Positions 41,223 through 59,128 of a stretch of 64,000 nucleotides of DNA are shown piece by piece. Position numbers and translations under genes: made by a program. How positions within the stretch are numbered: the first letter of the stretch is position 1; every line of letters begins with the position of its first letter. The notes beneath the pieces are model-generated. The model was given only the letters and a program-made list of their open reading frames with translations. It did no database searches and had not been told where the DNA came from. The stretch comes from Chrysomallon squamiferum (taxonomy: Eukaryota; Animalia; Mollusca), in contig CM022671.1 in the NCBI GenBank assembly GCA_012295275.1, forward strand, positions 25,234,001-25,298,000, read 5' to 3'.

Positions 41223-41973
41223 ATGGACGTTTATTGCTTTATTTTAATTTTCTCTACCTTTTTAACAAATGCAGGTGAGTTTGCCAATTTTTAACGTTGT
41301 TACTGTCATATTTAAATTCATGTATGTTCAAAACATATTTATGACTCCACTTTTTCAGTGAGTCGTTAAATAATACATTGCTTCTTTCTTATTTTATCAG
41401 TTTATAATAATGACTTTACTGTTGGCAGAAATACAAATAGGCTGCTTTGAACGATGGCATCAGTATAAATTCTCTGATAAAATGTCAGCTCTCAACGTCA
41501 CCAGCATTGTCGACTGTCTCGGTTTCTGCTTAAACAATTCCAGCTGCATAAGCGTCGACTACGCGAAGCATGGTACATTTTGTTACGTCAACCTGGACGG
41601 GTACACGGACACACAGCGGAAAATAACATTACTGAACGACCATTACAGAAAATATATGGAATGCAGTGTTGCCGGTACGTGCATCTGATCTCGTTTAATG
41701 AGACGTTATTCCTATTTTGACCTGTCGCCTGTGAATTATTTTACTTCGTGTTTTTTAATATTACGGTTGTTGTTGTTGTGCTGTTAATATTGAAATGCAT
41801 ATTAATTTTGTGGTAATAATAAAATATGAGAGCACTGTACCAAATTCATATACAGACGGGGGTGTGTGCGCGTGTGTTTGTGTGTGTCTGTGTGTGTAAT
41901 TATTTTTTTATTGCGTAGAAAAATCGGTAAGAATACTTCATCTTTGAAAAAATTCACAGTTTCATCATCATCA

Positions 41974-42026
<53 letters not shown>

Positions 42027-42891
42027 TAATGCTTGATATTTTTCTGTATGAATGATAAAACCTTAAAACCAAGGTATCTCATCTATAATTCAGAAAGAGA
42101 CTGTTTAAAAGATTACCCAGATAAAAGTTTTGTAACTGTCGTGACTCCACACAGGACAGTGTATGGAGTTAAAACTCAGGACGAGTGTGTAACAGTCTGC
42201 AGAATGTCTGTTAACTGCTGGGGAGTCGAGTGGGACGCTAAGAAAAGCCACTGCTACTTCTGGGACACAAAACCACTTTTACCTAAACATAAATCCAAAA
42301 GAACGTATTTGGTCAGGAAAGAGGAGAAATGTAGCAGACGTATTACAGGTACGTATTTCTTATTGTTCAGATTAGTGCTTGTAAAGGATCAGCTCTTGTT
42401 TCATTACGTGGGATAATACGTAGTTTACCGTTCTGATTAATTCTTGATGCAGGTGCGTGTATGTATTGTGCATATTAATATTTGATACCGGATGAGTTCT
42501 TATTATTACATGGGTTAATACTTGATTCAAATACGTATTTTATTTTACGGATTAATGCAGGTAAATATTTATTGCTGTGTACGTATTAATACTCAAATCA
42601 GGAGCGTATGTTCTTGTACGTCTTAATACTTGATCCCGGTACACGTTTGATACATATTATTGTACAGATTAATACTTAATGCAGGTTTTTGTTTGTTGTT
42701 GTATGGATTAACAAGCGATATAAAATATCATGGGAAAAAAAATTCCATATATTTCAGGTTCGACAACTACGACAACTGCAGCTGCTGAAAGTACTTCAAG
42801 GAAGGTTTGCACGTTGAGAACACAACAGACAGTGAACAGTGATCAGCACGAACGATTATATAGATATTCAGGTAAACAATCAACAACTTAA
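41223..42891 (+). CDS. Secreted protein with two PAN/apple-like modules and a Thr-rich tail (3' end uncertain)
   Basis: A signal-peptide exon at 41223-41274 (MDVYCFILIFSTFLTNA) is followed by phase-1 exons 41429-41674 (CFE..VDCLGFCLNNSSCISVDY..FCY..C) and 42094-42348 (CLK..DECVTVCRMSVNCWGVEW..HCY..C), each with the six-Cys PAN/apple pattern. The exon from 42758 (GSTTTTTAAA) either reads to TAA 42891 or splices at 42871 to 43751-43779. Confidence 0.75.
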
Positions 42892-45009
42892 ACCTTAAGT
42901 CACTGGCAGTTCTTTGCAGAGATATCATATCCTTGTACTGATTCTTAAACAGAACTAATTTCAGAAATGTAGAAACACTGAATCCTTTTATTTTCTTTAA
43001 CAAATGCTCTAACATGCCAACACTGAATGGCGAGTTGCTCCCCTTGTACTAAAAATCATGAATGTAATTAGATTTAAAAAAATAATAATAATAAAAAGCA
43101 ATTAAATATACTTCTCCGAGATGTAACAATAACAGCAACAGACAAGCAAACAAAAAACATAAAAAAATCCACAAGACAACAAAAAGCAGCATTACACAAA
43201 TAAAAATTAAAAAAAAAAAATCTGAGGATAAAACAAATAATAACATTAACAACAACAACAATACTACTATTACTACAACCACTAATAATAATAATAATCA
43301 TAATAATAATAATAATAAAGACAAATGCAGCAGAATTCAGAACCATGACCATTAACATCATCATCATTAGCAGCAACAACAAACATAAAACTGTAAGAAA
43401 ACCACCCCTAGTAAACCATGGCAACAAAATTAAAGTAAATTAGTGTCCGTATCCGCAAACGGGGTTTAGGCTTCCGGTTTGTAGTCGTTTTTACAAACGT
43501 ACTAAAAAGAAAAGAAAAAAAATTACTCCTTGCAATGTACAACATAATAATTATCTGTTTACTGGTGTTGTCGTTTCTTACCTTTGATGACAGATAGCAG
43601 TTTGCATTTATATTCAAAACGGAAATTAAATCAAGAACAGTTATTACCACTTTGGCGCGGTTTATGAACGGTGACAAATAAAATCTGTGAAAAATAATTT
43701 GAGAAAAACTGGTTGCATGAATATTGTAAAATATTTCGTTTTATTTTCAGCATCAACAAAATGCCATTTTCCTAAATAAATTAATAAATAGATAAATAAA
43801 ATTTAAACAAATAAATAAAACTTAAAAAACCCAAATAAAATAAATAAATCCAAAGGAAATATTACACATTCTTGTAAACCATATCGAATGCTTTGATACA
43901 GATTTTCAACTTAATGACTACATCGTTTTGAGGTGTCTGGGTCGTATCGATATATAAAATAATTTATCAGCAGTTCTGAAGTTGCTTTTGAACCGTGTAT
44001 TATTCGTGATAAATAAAAACTGTACTGACAAATTATTTACACAGCTATCTGCGAGTGCAGAAACAACACACACACACACACGCACGCACGCACACACACA
44101 CACACATACACACACACACACACAAACCATGTTATCTCCAAGAACCTAATGTAAAATGCTATGGATATATTAAATTACTAATTTTTTCAGAGATTAAAGA
44201 TTCAATAATAAATAATAAATTCCTTTCATCTCTTCTGAATGTCAGTGTATATTTGATATAGCTTTATACATAAATACAGTTATTTTAAAAAAATGTTAAA
44301 TTATTTGTTTTTGATCTTTTATTAATATTTCAAACATATTCGTATCAATAATAATAATAATGTTAATAATGAAGATGTCAGTGGCAATAATAAAATTAAA
44401 TAATAATAATGTTGATGATTATGATGATGGTAGAATTTTATTTATTTATTTATTTTATTTTATTTTATTTTATTTTATTTTATTTTACTTCATTTATATT
44501 CTAAATTATTTTAATCTGATTTATATAGTTTTTAACTTCAGGTGAAGGATATTACGTATCTACCAATATGCATTATACGTCGTGTTTCGTCTGTTTTTCC
44601 GCAGTGTCTAAAATCCACTGTTCTGTAAAGTGTTCCAATACAGAACAGTGTTCACAATTCACATTTCACGAGGAAGACAGTGAATGTTGCATCGGACTTG
44701 TACAGTAGATTCTATTGTTATATTGTATTTTAGTACTCATAAATAAATACTTATATTTTTCTCAATCATCATGTTGTTGTGGCTTGTACATATTCGTGAT
44801 CTTGATGATCTTCCTACTGCTGTTCGCAGTAATGATTAAAAACGACACTGTTATTATTAATACAGCTAGACCAGTACTAAGATTATTATCGTAGTGGCAG
44901 CAGTATCAATAGTAGTAGAGTAGTAGTAGTAATTGTTGTTGTTGTTGTAGTAAAACATTGTGAAATGGTTTCAAAATGCATAATTTTATTTATTTCCTTA
45001 AACAAATCT

Positions 45010-46343
<1,334 letters not shown>

Positions 46344-48025
46344 GTTTACTTTTTACTGCGGTATTATAAATTAAACATAACTGCGCGTATTTTGTCTTAC
46401 ACAGTTTCTTACATAACAATAATTCATCCACAGCTCTGTTTATATATACTTTTTTCTCTCCTATGTTTTTCTTTGTCTGCTTGTCACTTGAACTGTAAAA
46501 CACATACGTTACATTTTCTTTTTTCCACATGGGTAGAGATGGTGTCTATAATTAAAACGGTATGAGCCAACGATTTATTACAGTAATGTATTATTATTAT
46601 TATTATTATTATTACTATTATTATTATTATATTTATTATCATCATCATCATCATTATTATTTTAATTTCAGACAACATCTATGCAACGTTATAAAGTATA
46701 TTTCAGTTTTGATATTACTGGCGACCATTCTATGCTGGTAATAAAGTATAATAATAAAATAACAAACTCGTGATTATGTAAGTAGACTGCCGCCGCTTTA
46801 TAAATTATTCTTATTACTTGGTGACAAGGAATATTCAATAGAATGGTTCAGAATGTAACTGACACTTTTTAAATGTTGTTTTTTCCATTTGACAACAAGA
46901 TAGATGCAATGACACTGTTGTCAGTTTAGAAGCCTACCATTAATCCGTGAAGTTCACTTTCAACCAAAAATGTGTGAAAGTATCTTTACACAATCAACGT
47001 AAAATGATAACAAGGATATGCTATAAATGTAATCGACTTGTAAAACTACATAATAATTAAAAAAACAAATAAAAATCCCTTTTCTAGAATTAACACGTTT
47101 GTTACACGTCGGCAGCAACGATCACCAGCACTGAGTGGTAACACCTTGCTGTAGCTCTCCTCCACGTCACAAACTGCAGGCTTATCTCGATTGCAGTTTG
47201 GTTTGTTATTTTTCTGTTGACAGTCATAAAGGGCGTGATGTCTTTGTCAACTTTAATTTTTATCTAAAGTGTAGTGTTATAAAAAAAAAAAAAATTATTA
47301 TGTTGTCACTGTGCTTGGCTGTTTTTTTACTGCTGAGTTTTATGAAAATATTTTTATGTCGTCTTTTGTTGAAAGCTGAGGTCATTTAAGGAACTTTTTT
47401 GCTTGTTATTCTGAAAGTTTGTATTACGAATATTTGTGAATATAGCAGAGTGTTGTGAGAATTTTGATTTTTAAGTTGTTTGACACTGTGTAAAAAGCTG
47501 TCGGTCGCCGATCTGTATGTATAGGTCATATTTTTCTGTCTACCAACATGCATTATACGTCGTGTTTCGTCTGTTATTCCGCAGTGTCTCAAATCCACTG
47601 TTCTGTCAAGTGTACTAACACAGAACAGTGTTCACAATTCACATTTCACTAGGAAGACATCGGACTTGTACAGTAGTTTCCTCTGTCATTTTTATTGCTA
47701 TATTGTATTTCAGTTTTCATAAAAACTTATTTTTCTCAATCATCATATTGTTGTGTTTGTTCATACTTGTGATATTGGGCATCTTCCTACTGCTGTTCGC
47801 AATAGCGATTAAAAACGACACTGTTATTATTAATACAGCTAGACCAGTACTAAGATTGTTGTCGTAGTGGCAGAAGTATCAATATTAGTCGATTAGTAGT
47901 TGTTGTTTTTGTTGCTGTTGCAGCACTATGAAATGGAACAAATTAATAAATAAAAGAATGGAATTTTTTATTTATTTCCTTAAAGCAAACTGATTTTTTT
48001 GTCTTCTTCTGATCGAAACAAATCT

Positions 48026-48483
48026 CTAAGAAATACAGGTGCCTGAAAAAGATTTAACAAATAACAAATAATAATAATAAAAACAGTTTAAAAAGAAAGA
48101 AATAAAAGAAAAAAGATAAAGAAAAATGGAAAAAAAATTACAATTAAAACATTCAACGAGAAAGAACCAAAAGAAAAATGACAAATAAAATTACCCATCA
48201 CTCCAAGAGGCGATTCTTGTATTCCAGTGGACTGACACTTTAGACCAATTCCACAGGGACAGACATATTCCAGATTGCTAGGTGGACTAGCAAATGGTAG
48301 AAAAATACATTCTGAAACAAAATATATATTTTTATATTAGCGTTTATTAGAAGCGAAATTATTAAATTTTATGTTTTATAATGGCTGAGCCTACAGTCGC
48401 CTAAAAAGTAATTAAATTATGTGTTTTAATCATAATTAAACACAGTGTACTTGTGTAATCCTTTTGAAAACAGTGTACGTTTT

Positions 48484-48567
<84 letters not shown>

Positions 48568-48978
48568 GTTTCAGATTTACTGAATTCTGAAAAATGTACA
48601 TCTATAAGTATCTATGTATGGAGGTAGGCAGGTAGGTAGGCAGATATGTGTGTATGTATATGTACAATAATAAGAAGAAAAACAAAAAGAAGAAGACAAA
48701 TGCTTACTTGAGCCCAGCTCGCCCATTGGACTACAGTAACCGTCCGCTGATCTACGTCTTCTTCCTCTAGGTCCGTTATACGACAAACAACATTCGAACG
48801 GTACACAGTCAGCCGTGGTCTTGCATTTTCTGATTTGTGAGACAACATCTTCCAGAAGCAGCTAAACGTTAAAATGAAACTTTTCATTTTTTTTTTTTTC
48901 TTCAGAAGTTCTATGATTCAGAATCTCTTCCACGTCATTGTGTTTCATGTTATTAATGACTAAATAGCTTGTTGACAC

Positions 48979-49069
<91 letters not shown>

Positions 49070-49300
49070 ACACATACACGCACGCACACTCCCTCTGTCT
49101 CCCTTACAAAAAGCTTTTACATCCATTCAAAACAAAAACAACGTCTTGCAAGTTTTTGAAAGATAATAAATTAACAAACAACTAACTAAATAGTGTGTAC
49201 GATTAAACAAATAAACAAATGAAAAATATTTGTTATATGCATACAAAAACATTACTGTACTCACTAGACAGACCAATATGGCGACGAACACGGTCTTCAT
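48026..49300 (-). CDS. Prokineticin/astakine-like peptide, copy B (107 aa)
   Basis: Exons 49300-49265, 48861-48708, 48311-48195 and 48042-48026 have the same sizes as in copy A (36/154/117/17) and encode a nearly identical protein. Confidence 0.88.
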
Positions 49301-49525
49301 GTTTACTTTTTACTGCGGTGTTACGAACTAAACTTAACTGCGTGTATTTTGTCTAACACAGTTTCTTACATAACAATAATTCATCCAAGGTTATAGTTAT
49401 ATATACTTTGTTTTCTCTTCCACGTTTTTGTTTTTCTGCTTGTCACTTGAACTGTAAAATACATATGTTACATTTTCTTTTTTCCACATGGGTGAAGATG
49501 ATGTCAACGGTTTATTACAGCAATG

Positions 49526-49589
<64 letters not shown>

Positions 49590-50949
49590 GTTATTATTAT
49601 TATTATTATTATTATCATCATCATCATCATGATCATAATTATTATTATTTTAATTTCAGACAACAGCTATGCAACTTTATAAAGTGTATTTAACACTGTA
49701 TTGATAATACTGCCGACCATTCTATGCAGATAATAAAGTATAATAATAAAATTCGTGATTATGTAAGTAGACTACCGCCGCTCTATCTATTATTCTTATT
49801 ACTTGGTGACAAGGAATATTTAACAGAATGGTTCAGAATATAAATGTCACGTTTTTTAAATGTGGTATTTTCCAAATAAATTATTATTTTCTTTTCATTT
49901 TCAGGTGAGCAATAGAGTCTAACAACAAGTCACATCTGAAAACAAGATCGATGCAGACAAACAGTTGTCAGTTTAGAAGCCTACCATTAATCCGTGAAGT
50001 TCACTTTGAATCAAAAATGTGTGAAAGTATCTTTACACAATCAACGTAAAATAATAACAAGGATATGCTATAAATGTAATCGACTTGTAAAACTACATAA
50101 TAATTAAAAAAACAAATAAATAAAAATCCCTTTTCTAGAATTAACACGTTTGTTACACGTCGGCAGCAACGATCACCAGCACTGAGTGGTAACACCTTGC
50201 TGTAGCTCTCCTCCACGTCACAAACTGCAGGTTTATCTCACTTACCGTTTCCTTTTTATTTTTCTGTTGACAGTTATAAAGGGCGTGATGTCTTTGTCAG
50301 CTGTAATTTTTGTCATAAGCGTAGTGGTATAAAACATTTTTTTAACATATTATATTGTCACTGTGCTTGGCTGTTTTTTTAGTGCTGAGTTTTATGAAAA
50401 TATTTTTATGTTGTCTTTTGTTGAAAGCTGAGGTCATTTAAGGGACTTGTTAGTTTGTTATTCTGAAAGTTTGTATTACGAATATTTGTGAATATAGCAG
50501 AGTGTTGTGAGAATTTTGATTTTTAAGTGTAAAAAGCTGTCGGTCGCCGATCTTTGTGTATAGGTCATATTTTTGTCTATGCATCATGTGTCGTGTTTCG
50601 TCTGTTTGTCTGTTCGTAGTGTCTAGGATCCAGTGTTCTGTGAAGTGTGCTAACACAGAACAGTGTTCACAATTTACATTTCACGAGGAAGACAGCGAAT
50701 GCTGTATCGGACTTGTACAGTAGTTTCCTCTGTCATTTTTATTGCTATATTATATTTCAGTACTCATAAAAACTTATTTTTCTCAACCATCTTATCGTTG
50801 TTTGTTCATTCTTTTGATCTTGCTCATCCTCCTTCTGTTCGTAATAGCAATATAAACGACAAACTGTATTATTAATAATACTGCTAGTACTGTCGTAGTG
50901 CCTGCAGCATCAGTAGTTGTAGAGTAGTAGTAGTAGTAGTAGCTCTATT

Positions 50950-51712
50950 ACTAGATATGTGCCAATAACCCATTTCTGTCTCGCGAGATTTCTCCGCGAT
51001 TTTTGCAGGGCGGTTGCCAGAGTGCACAGAGTCAGCAAAGTGAGGTCCATTTGAAAAATATTTTTTAAACAAACTTTATTTGATGTCGTAGTGTACATAT
51101 CTTGCCATATTCTGGCTTTCGACTTTTGATAATTGATCAAGGATAATGTTATCAAAAATTTGATGAAAGATAATCTTTCTGGAAACCTCAGCAAAGTTGT
51201 TGATCATTGGAAAAAGATCATTGGGTAAGTCCTTGAATCCTGAATATGTTTCTTACAGATATGCTTATTAACTATTATTGTGCTTAATTTCAACAACATT
51301 TATGGCTGCGAACGGTGATTCTATTGTTGCGAAAAATTGCACACGCAAAACCCGCGCTTCAGAGGTTCGATAATGACAATTCAGTTCAGGTCACATGACC
51401 TCAACGGCGTTTTCTGATTGGATCAGACCGGTGTGGACACATATTGGCGTACAGTAAATTTTTGCTAATTAGTTCCTTTAATTAATTAATTAATTAATTA
51501 AAATTCACGAGTTAATTAAAATGACAGAAAAGAATCCATATCTCTGTAGATAACGAAGGAAAAATACCTGCGCATTTTATTCCGATAAAAATTCGTATCA
51601 GTGCTGTCAAAGAGATCTTGGTGTCATTTTAATATGCATTGTTTCCTCTTTCAAATGATATATAATGGTTTAGGATAATAATAATTTTGAATATTTGGTC
51701 AGACACCTACTA
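50950..51712. mobile_element. Non-autonomous DNA-transposon-like repeat, copy 1
   Basis: It interrupts the (tag)n tract that is uninterrupted downstream of copies A and B. The ends are imperfectly inverted (tagatatgtgccaata / tatttggtcagacaccta), and it is homologous to 53540-54345 and 63410-63912. Confidence 0.65.
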
Positions 51713-51875
51713 GTAGTGGTAGTAGTTGTAGTAGTACTAGTACTAGAGGTTGTTGTTGTTGCTGCTGCTGCTGTATCATCATAAAATGGAACAAAGTAAT
51801 AATCAAAGAATGCAAAACTTTATTCATTTATTTAAATCAAATTATTTTGTTCTCTTCTTGTGATCCAAAATATCT

Positions 51876-51955
51876 CTAGAAAACACAGGTGCCTGAAAAG
51901 AAATAACAAATAATAAAACTAATAATAATAATAGTAATAATAACAACAACAACAA

Positions 51956-51996
<41 letters not shown>

Positions 51997-52660
51997 CAAT
52001 TTAAAAAGAAATAAATAAAATAAAATGAAAATTCAAACATTCAAGAATTATAAACAAAATTACCCATCTCTCCAATGGGCACTTCTGTCATATGAATGGA
52101 CCGACACCTTAGACCAATTCCACAGGGACAGACATATTGCTGATAGGTAGGTGGATTACTAAATGGTCGAAAAATACATTCTGAAACAAAATAATTATCT
52201 TGTTATATTTTTGTATCGGCGCTTATTAGTAGCGAAATTATTAAATTCTATATTTTATAATGGCTGAGCCTACAATAGCCTGAAAAGCAATTAAATTGTG
52301 TGTTTTAATCGTCATTAAATACAGTATAAATAGAACGTATTCTTTGAGAGAATTCTGAAAAATGTACACAGACAAGCATAAGTATATGTACCATACTAAT
52401 AATACTAACACTAATACAAACAATACTACTAATAATAATAAGAAGAAGAAGAAGAAGAAGAAGAAAAATGCTTACTTGAGCCCAGATGTCCCAGTGGACC
52501 ACAGTAACCAGCTGCTGATCTACGTCGTCTTCCTATAGGTCCGTTACGCGTCAGACAACATTCATCCGGTGTACAGTCAGCCGAGGTCATACATACGCTG
52601 GTATGTGAAAGAACATCTTCCAGTAACAGCTAAACGATAAAAATCAAACAGAATTATTAC

Positions 52661-52693
<33 letters not shown>

Positions 52694-53087
52694 TTATTAT
52701 TATTATTATTATTTTTTTTTTTTTTCCAGAAGTTCTATGTTTCAGAATCTGTTCTACGTCAAAAATCTAAATATCTTCTCGGCATTAATGTCTGTCTCTG
52801 ACACACACGCATACATGCACACACCCTCCCTCTCTCTCTCTCTAGATTTCTCCCTCACTCTCACTCCCTCTTCCTCTGTCTCTCCCCTTCAAAAAGCTTT
52901 TACATCCATTACAAAACCGAAACAGTGTCCTGCTATTTTTTGATAGATAAACTAATTGACAAACAACTAACTAAGTAGCCTGTTTGATATTAAACAAATA
53001 AACAAATGAACAATACTTGTCTTAAGCATACAAAAACATTACTGTACTTACTAGACAGACCAACATGGCGATGTACACAGTCTTCAT
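51876..53087 (-). CDS. Prokineticin/astakine-like peptide, copy C (107 aa)
   Basis: Exons 53087-53052, 52629-52476, 52180-52064 and 51892-51876 give ..HTSVCMTSADCTPDECCLTRNGPIGRRRRSAAGYCGPLGHLGSKCIFRPFSNPPTYQQYVCPCGIGLRCRSIHMTEVPIGEMGTCVF. Confidence 0.88.
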
Positions 53088-53539
53088 GTTTACTTTTACT
53101 GCGATGTTCGGCAATAAACGTAAAAGCGTGTTTATTGTCTAACACAGTTTCTTACATAATAATAATTCATCCTAGTTTATATTTATATATACATTTTTGG
53201 TTTTTTTTAGATTTTTTTTCTCTCTCACTCTCACGTTTTTATTTCTCTGCTTGTCATTTGAACTATAAAACATATATATTACATTTTTTTTTTCTTCTTT
53301 TTTTTTTTTCCACATGGGTGGAGATGACTACTATGATTAAAACGGCATGACGTGAACGGTTTTTTACAGTTACATTTCATTATTATTATTATCATCATCA
53401 TCATCATCATCATCATTTCATTTCATTTCTGACATGTTTATGCAACTTATAAAGTATATTTCAATTTTAAACACGTTTTGTACACTTCCAGAAAACTGTT
53501 TTGATATTTCTAGCGACCATTCTATGCTGATAATAAAGT

Positions 53540-54345
53540 AGTGCACAGCGTCAACAAAGTGGGTCTTCAAAAATTCCTTTATTTCGGTCCATTTGAAAAA
53601 TCTTTTTTAAAGAAACTTTTTTTGATGACGTAGTTTACATATCTTATCTACAAACTCGGTTTCGATTTTTAAATGTTGATCAAGGTGAAGTTTATAAAAA
53701 TTTTGATGAAAGAAAGCTTTCTGGAAACTACAGCAAAATCATTGGAAAGACCAATGGGTAAGTCCTTCAGTCAAAATATGTTTTTCTTATATATCTGCTT
53801 ATTATCTATTATTGTGCCTAATTTCAACAAATGTTTTGGTTTCGAACGATCATGTTATGGCTGCGAATAATTGCGTACGCAAAGCCGGCGGTTCAAAAGA
53901 TTAATAACAAAAATCTGTTAAGGTCACGTGACGTCAACGGAACTTTCTGATTGGCTCAAACCGGTGTCGACAAACATTGGTATACGTTAAATTTCAGCTA
54001 TGTTTTCGATTAATTAATTAATTAATATTCATGAGTATTAGCAACTTGCTTAACAGTACAGTACAACTTAAAAAGCTTAATTTTTACATATAATACATGT
54101 ATGGTGGATTAAAACTATATAAGATAATAGGTGTTTGTGCTGCAAAATGACAAAGGAATCAGTTTCTTAGTAGATAATGAAGGAAAAATACCTGCAGATT
54201 TTATTCCGATAATAATTCGTAATTTTTTTTTGTGACAGTGATGTCAAAGAAATCTTGGTGTCAGTTTAATATGCATTGGCTCTTTCTAATGATGTATAAT
54301 GTTTCAGAAAAAAAATAATTTTGAAAATTTTGACAGATACCTACT
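53540..54345. mobile_element. Non-autonomous DNA-transposon-like repeat, copy 2 (left end truncated)
   Basis: Colinear with 51020-51712 (gtgcacag.gtca.caaagt... ggtcacgtgac... gaaggaaaaatacctgc... cctactagtag). Confidence 0.65.
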
Positions 54346-54453
54346 AGTAGTGTTAGTAGTTGTAGTGGTAGGAATCGTAGTTGTTGTTCCTGCTCTATCA
54401 TTATAATATGGAACAAACTAATTATCAAAGAATGCAAAACTTTATTCATTTAT

Positions 54454-55880
<1,427 letters not shown>

Positions 55881-56258
55881 GTTTACTTTTTACTGCGGCG
55901 TATATTGTCTAACACAGTTTCTTAGATAATAATAATTCATCCTATATATACGTTGTTTGGTAGTTTTTTTTGTTTGTTTTTTTGAGAATTAGGAAGGGCT
56001 TGATGTCTGTGAAGACTGTTGTTGTTGTTGTTGTTGCCTTAAGGCGTGATAAATTACACTGTTGATGTGATGGATTTTACTGAGTTTTGTAATAAAACGT
56101 GGAGGTTGTCACGTGTTGAATATTGAGTCATGATGTTACATGTTGTGTCTATATATCTAGGCATGATACGTTGAGATAATTATAGTGGTGAAAACGTTTA
56201 TGTGTGATAAAATAAATTTATAACTTTTTTGTGCAAATCGGCTTAGATAACCAAATTT

Positions 56259-56377
<119 letters not shown>

Positions 56378-56674
56378 TTTAGATAAATGTATGGGGCCTC
56401 TGCCTCAGAATTATTAACGACTTTCACCTGGAGGTGTAATTGCCCTAATTTAAAATCTTTTCTAGTAAATACACTTTGGAGTTTTAATTTATCAATGCGC
56501 TGAGAACCGAGTAAGCTAACATAAGTAGATTTACAGTATTTGGTTGAATGCACGTTGAATGTACAGTCATAAGTTGACGATTGGTGTACGAGTGTTATAC
56601 AGGAGGATAATGGGGAGTCAAGGTCAGCCATATCCACATGCATTAAAAACCGAGTCCAACTAACATGTAATTAA

Positions 56675-56950
56675 TACCACATACAACACTCTCTCGTAAT
56701 ATTACATGCAACACTATCTCGTAATATTACATGTAACACTATCTCGTAATATCACAAATAACACTATCTCGTAATACCACATACAACGCTATCTCGTAAC
56801 ATCACTTACAACACTATCTCGTAATATCACATACAACGTTATCTCATAATATCACATACAACATTATCTCGTAATATCACATACAACACTATCTCGTAAT
56901 ATTGCATACAACGTTATCTAGTAACATCACATACAACGTTATGTCGTTAT
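56675..56950. repeat. 25-bp minisatellite, ~11 degenerate copies
   Basis: Unit atcacatacaacactatctcgtaat repeated in tandem. Confidence 0.88.
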
Positions 56951-57249
56951 AACGCAATTTTAACTCACAGCGCAATGATTATCTCTTAATAAAGAAATAA
57001 TATCTTGTAAAAACGCAATGCTATCTCATAATTATCTGGTTATAATACCAAATTATCTCGTAATAACGCAGTTATTTTTTTTTTTTTTTTTTTTTTAGTA
57101 GTTGCGGTAACGGGGCTTTCAATTCTTGTTTCAAACTGATTAATATGTATTTTTCATTACCTTTAAGTCTCGAAAATGTTTTGTTCTTTTATAAAATTAA
57201 AACTACGAAGGAAGAAACATTCATACATGTCCTACACACACACAGACAT

Positions 57250-57280
<31 letters not shown>

Positions 57281-57698
57281 AATATATAATTATAATTACT
57301 TAACAAGATGTAAAGAATTTTAAAAAAGAAAAACAATATTTTATACACAGATATAATATATTTAGCTGTTTTACATCAGAAATCAACCCTAAGCAAATTT
57401 CAATTCATAAATGTGAGTACCTTAACTATTGGAAAATTGAAACAGTAACAATAACAATAGCAATAATAATAATAATAATAATAATGATAATAATAATATA
57501 GTAGTAATAATAATAATAATATAGTATTTCAAAACCATTCTTGTATTATATTTAAACAAAGTGTATTTTCAATCATGTCTTCAAAACACAGAAATACCAC
57601 TTAAATAAATTAAGAATATTGTCTACAGGATAGTAAGTCATAGATTATTGTTCACTAAGAATCGGATGAGACTGTTTTTCATCGCGGTCTAGCTGCAG

Positions 57699-59089
57699 CT
57701 ACGGACGTTCAAATTCACACGTTCCTGAAATAAGAAATAAGAAACAAATAAATAAATAAATAAATAAATAAATAAAATAATGGATATAACTACAGACTTA
57801 ATTTAATTATAAAAATACTATAAATATTTATTTATTTATTTAATTTATTTTTCAGTACACTATTATTTGTTGTGATACACCTCCCATTTTTGACAGGTAT
57901 TAAGATTACACAACGTTTTATTTCAAGTTTTAAATTTTAAATGGCCTCTTCGAAACCTTTGTTATCAAAAGACAGAAATTCTTTGTAACTTCGCGAATGA
58001 CCATCTTAATTTATTTACAAACAAACTATATCTATATATATATATATCTCTTCTTTTTTTCTCAATGAGTTTATCTGTCTCTCGATATCTAATTCTGTCT
58101 CTCGGTCTCTGTCTATCTGTATATATATGTGTATGTATGAATGTATGTCCGTGCATATATGTGTCTCGGTGTCTGTCTTTGATATATGTGCAAATCATTA
58201 CAACATTCATTATATTATTACAGCTGTTAATAATTAGAAATACAAACCTATTCGTCCGAGAGGCATATCTATCATTCCAGTCGGCACACACTGCAGAAAC
58301 TTGCCAAATCTGCATCGTGGACACATCTGCGGGTGGTCCACATAGCACTCTGAGAAATGAAACAGTAAATTATAAAACATAACTGTATTACCAGCTGAGA
58401 ATAGTGTTTGTATTGCTTACTAATCAAATGTGAAAATATTCGTTGGTATAAGACACGTTCTGTAACATTAAACTAAACCTGAACATAATATTAATACTTA
58501 GTAAGTTAATATGACAATGCTTACAATAATGTTTATTGTCTGCAACAGTATTTTTTAAATTTAAATTTTCAAAATTTATTTTTATTATTTTATTTTTTAT
58601 TTTTTATTATTATTATTATTATTTTGTCTTATATAATATATTTGGAATTTGCCTTCATTATTCTAGAAAGGCAAAATGGCGGTTCTGCACATGATCTTCT
58701 TAAGAAATCAGTAAAAACAAATTTATATATATAGAATATATGTGTATATGTGTGAGTATGTGTCGCGAGAAGACGTAATCTGCAATCTGTGCTTATCATT
58801 ACTAAAGACGCGACACTGACTGAAGTGTTTTTAGATAAAAGTTTAAATCAAACTATATGAAGACAGGAACAGAAACAGATGATATACTAACGGTCTCCCT
58901 GGTGGCCAAGCGGACGACAAGTTCCCAAAGACGAAGACCTCTTCCGTCGCTTTCCGATTGGACGATTCTTCATCAAACAGCATTCGAAAAAGCCACAATC
59001 CCTGTCACTGTCACAGGGTCTGAATTCTCTTACACACGTCCCTGTTTCAAAACACACAAGATTCCAAGATAACAACAACAACAACGATG

Positions 59090-59128
<39 letters not shown>

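Noticed and set aside
56675-56950. 25-bp repeats as a CRISPR array or iterons
   Set aside because: This is a head-to-tail degenerate minisatellite without spacers.
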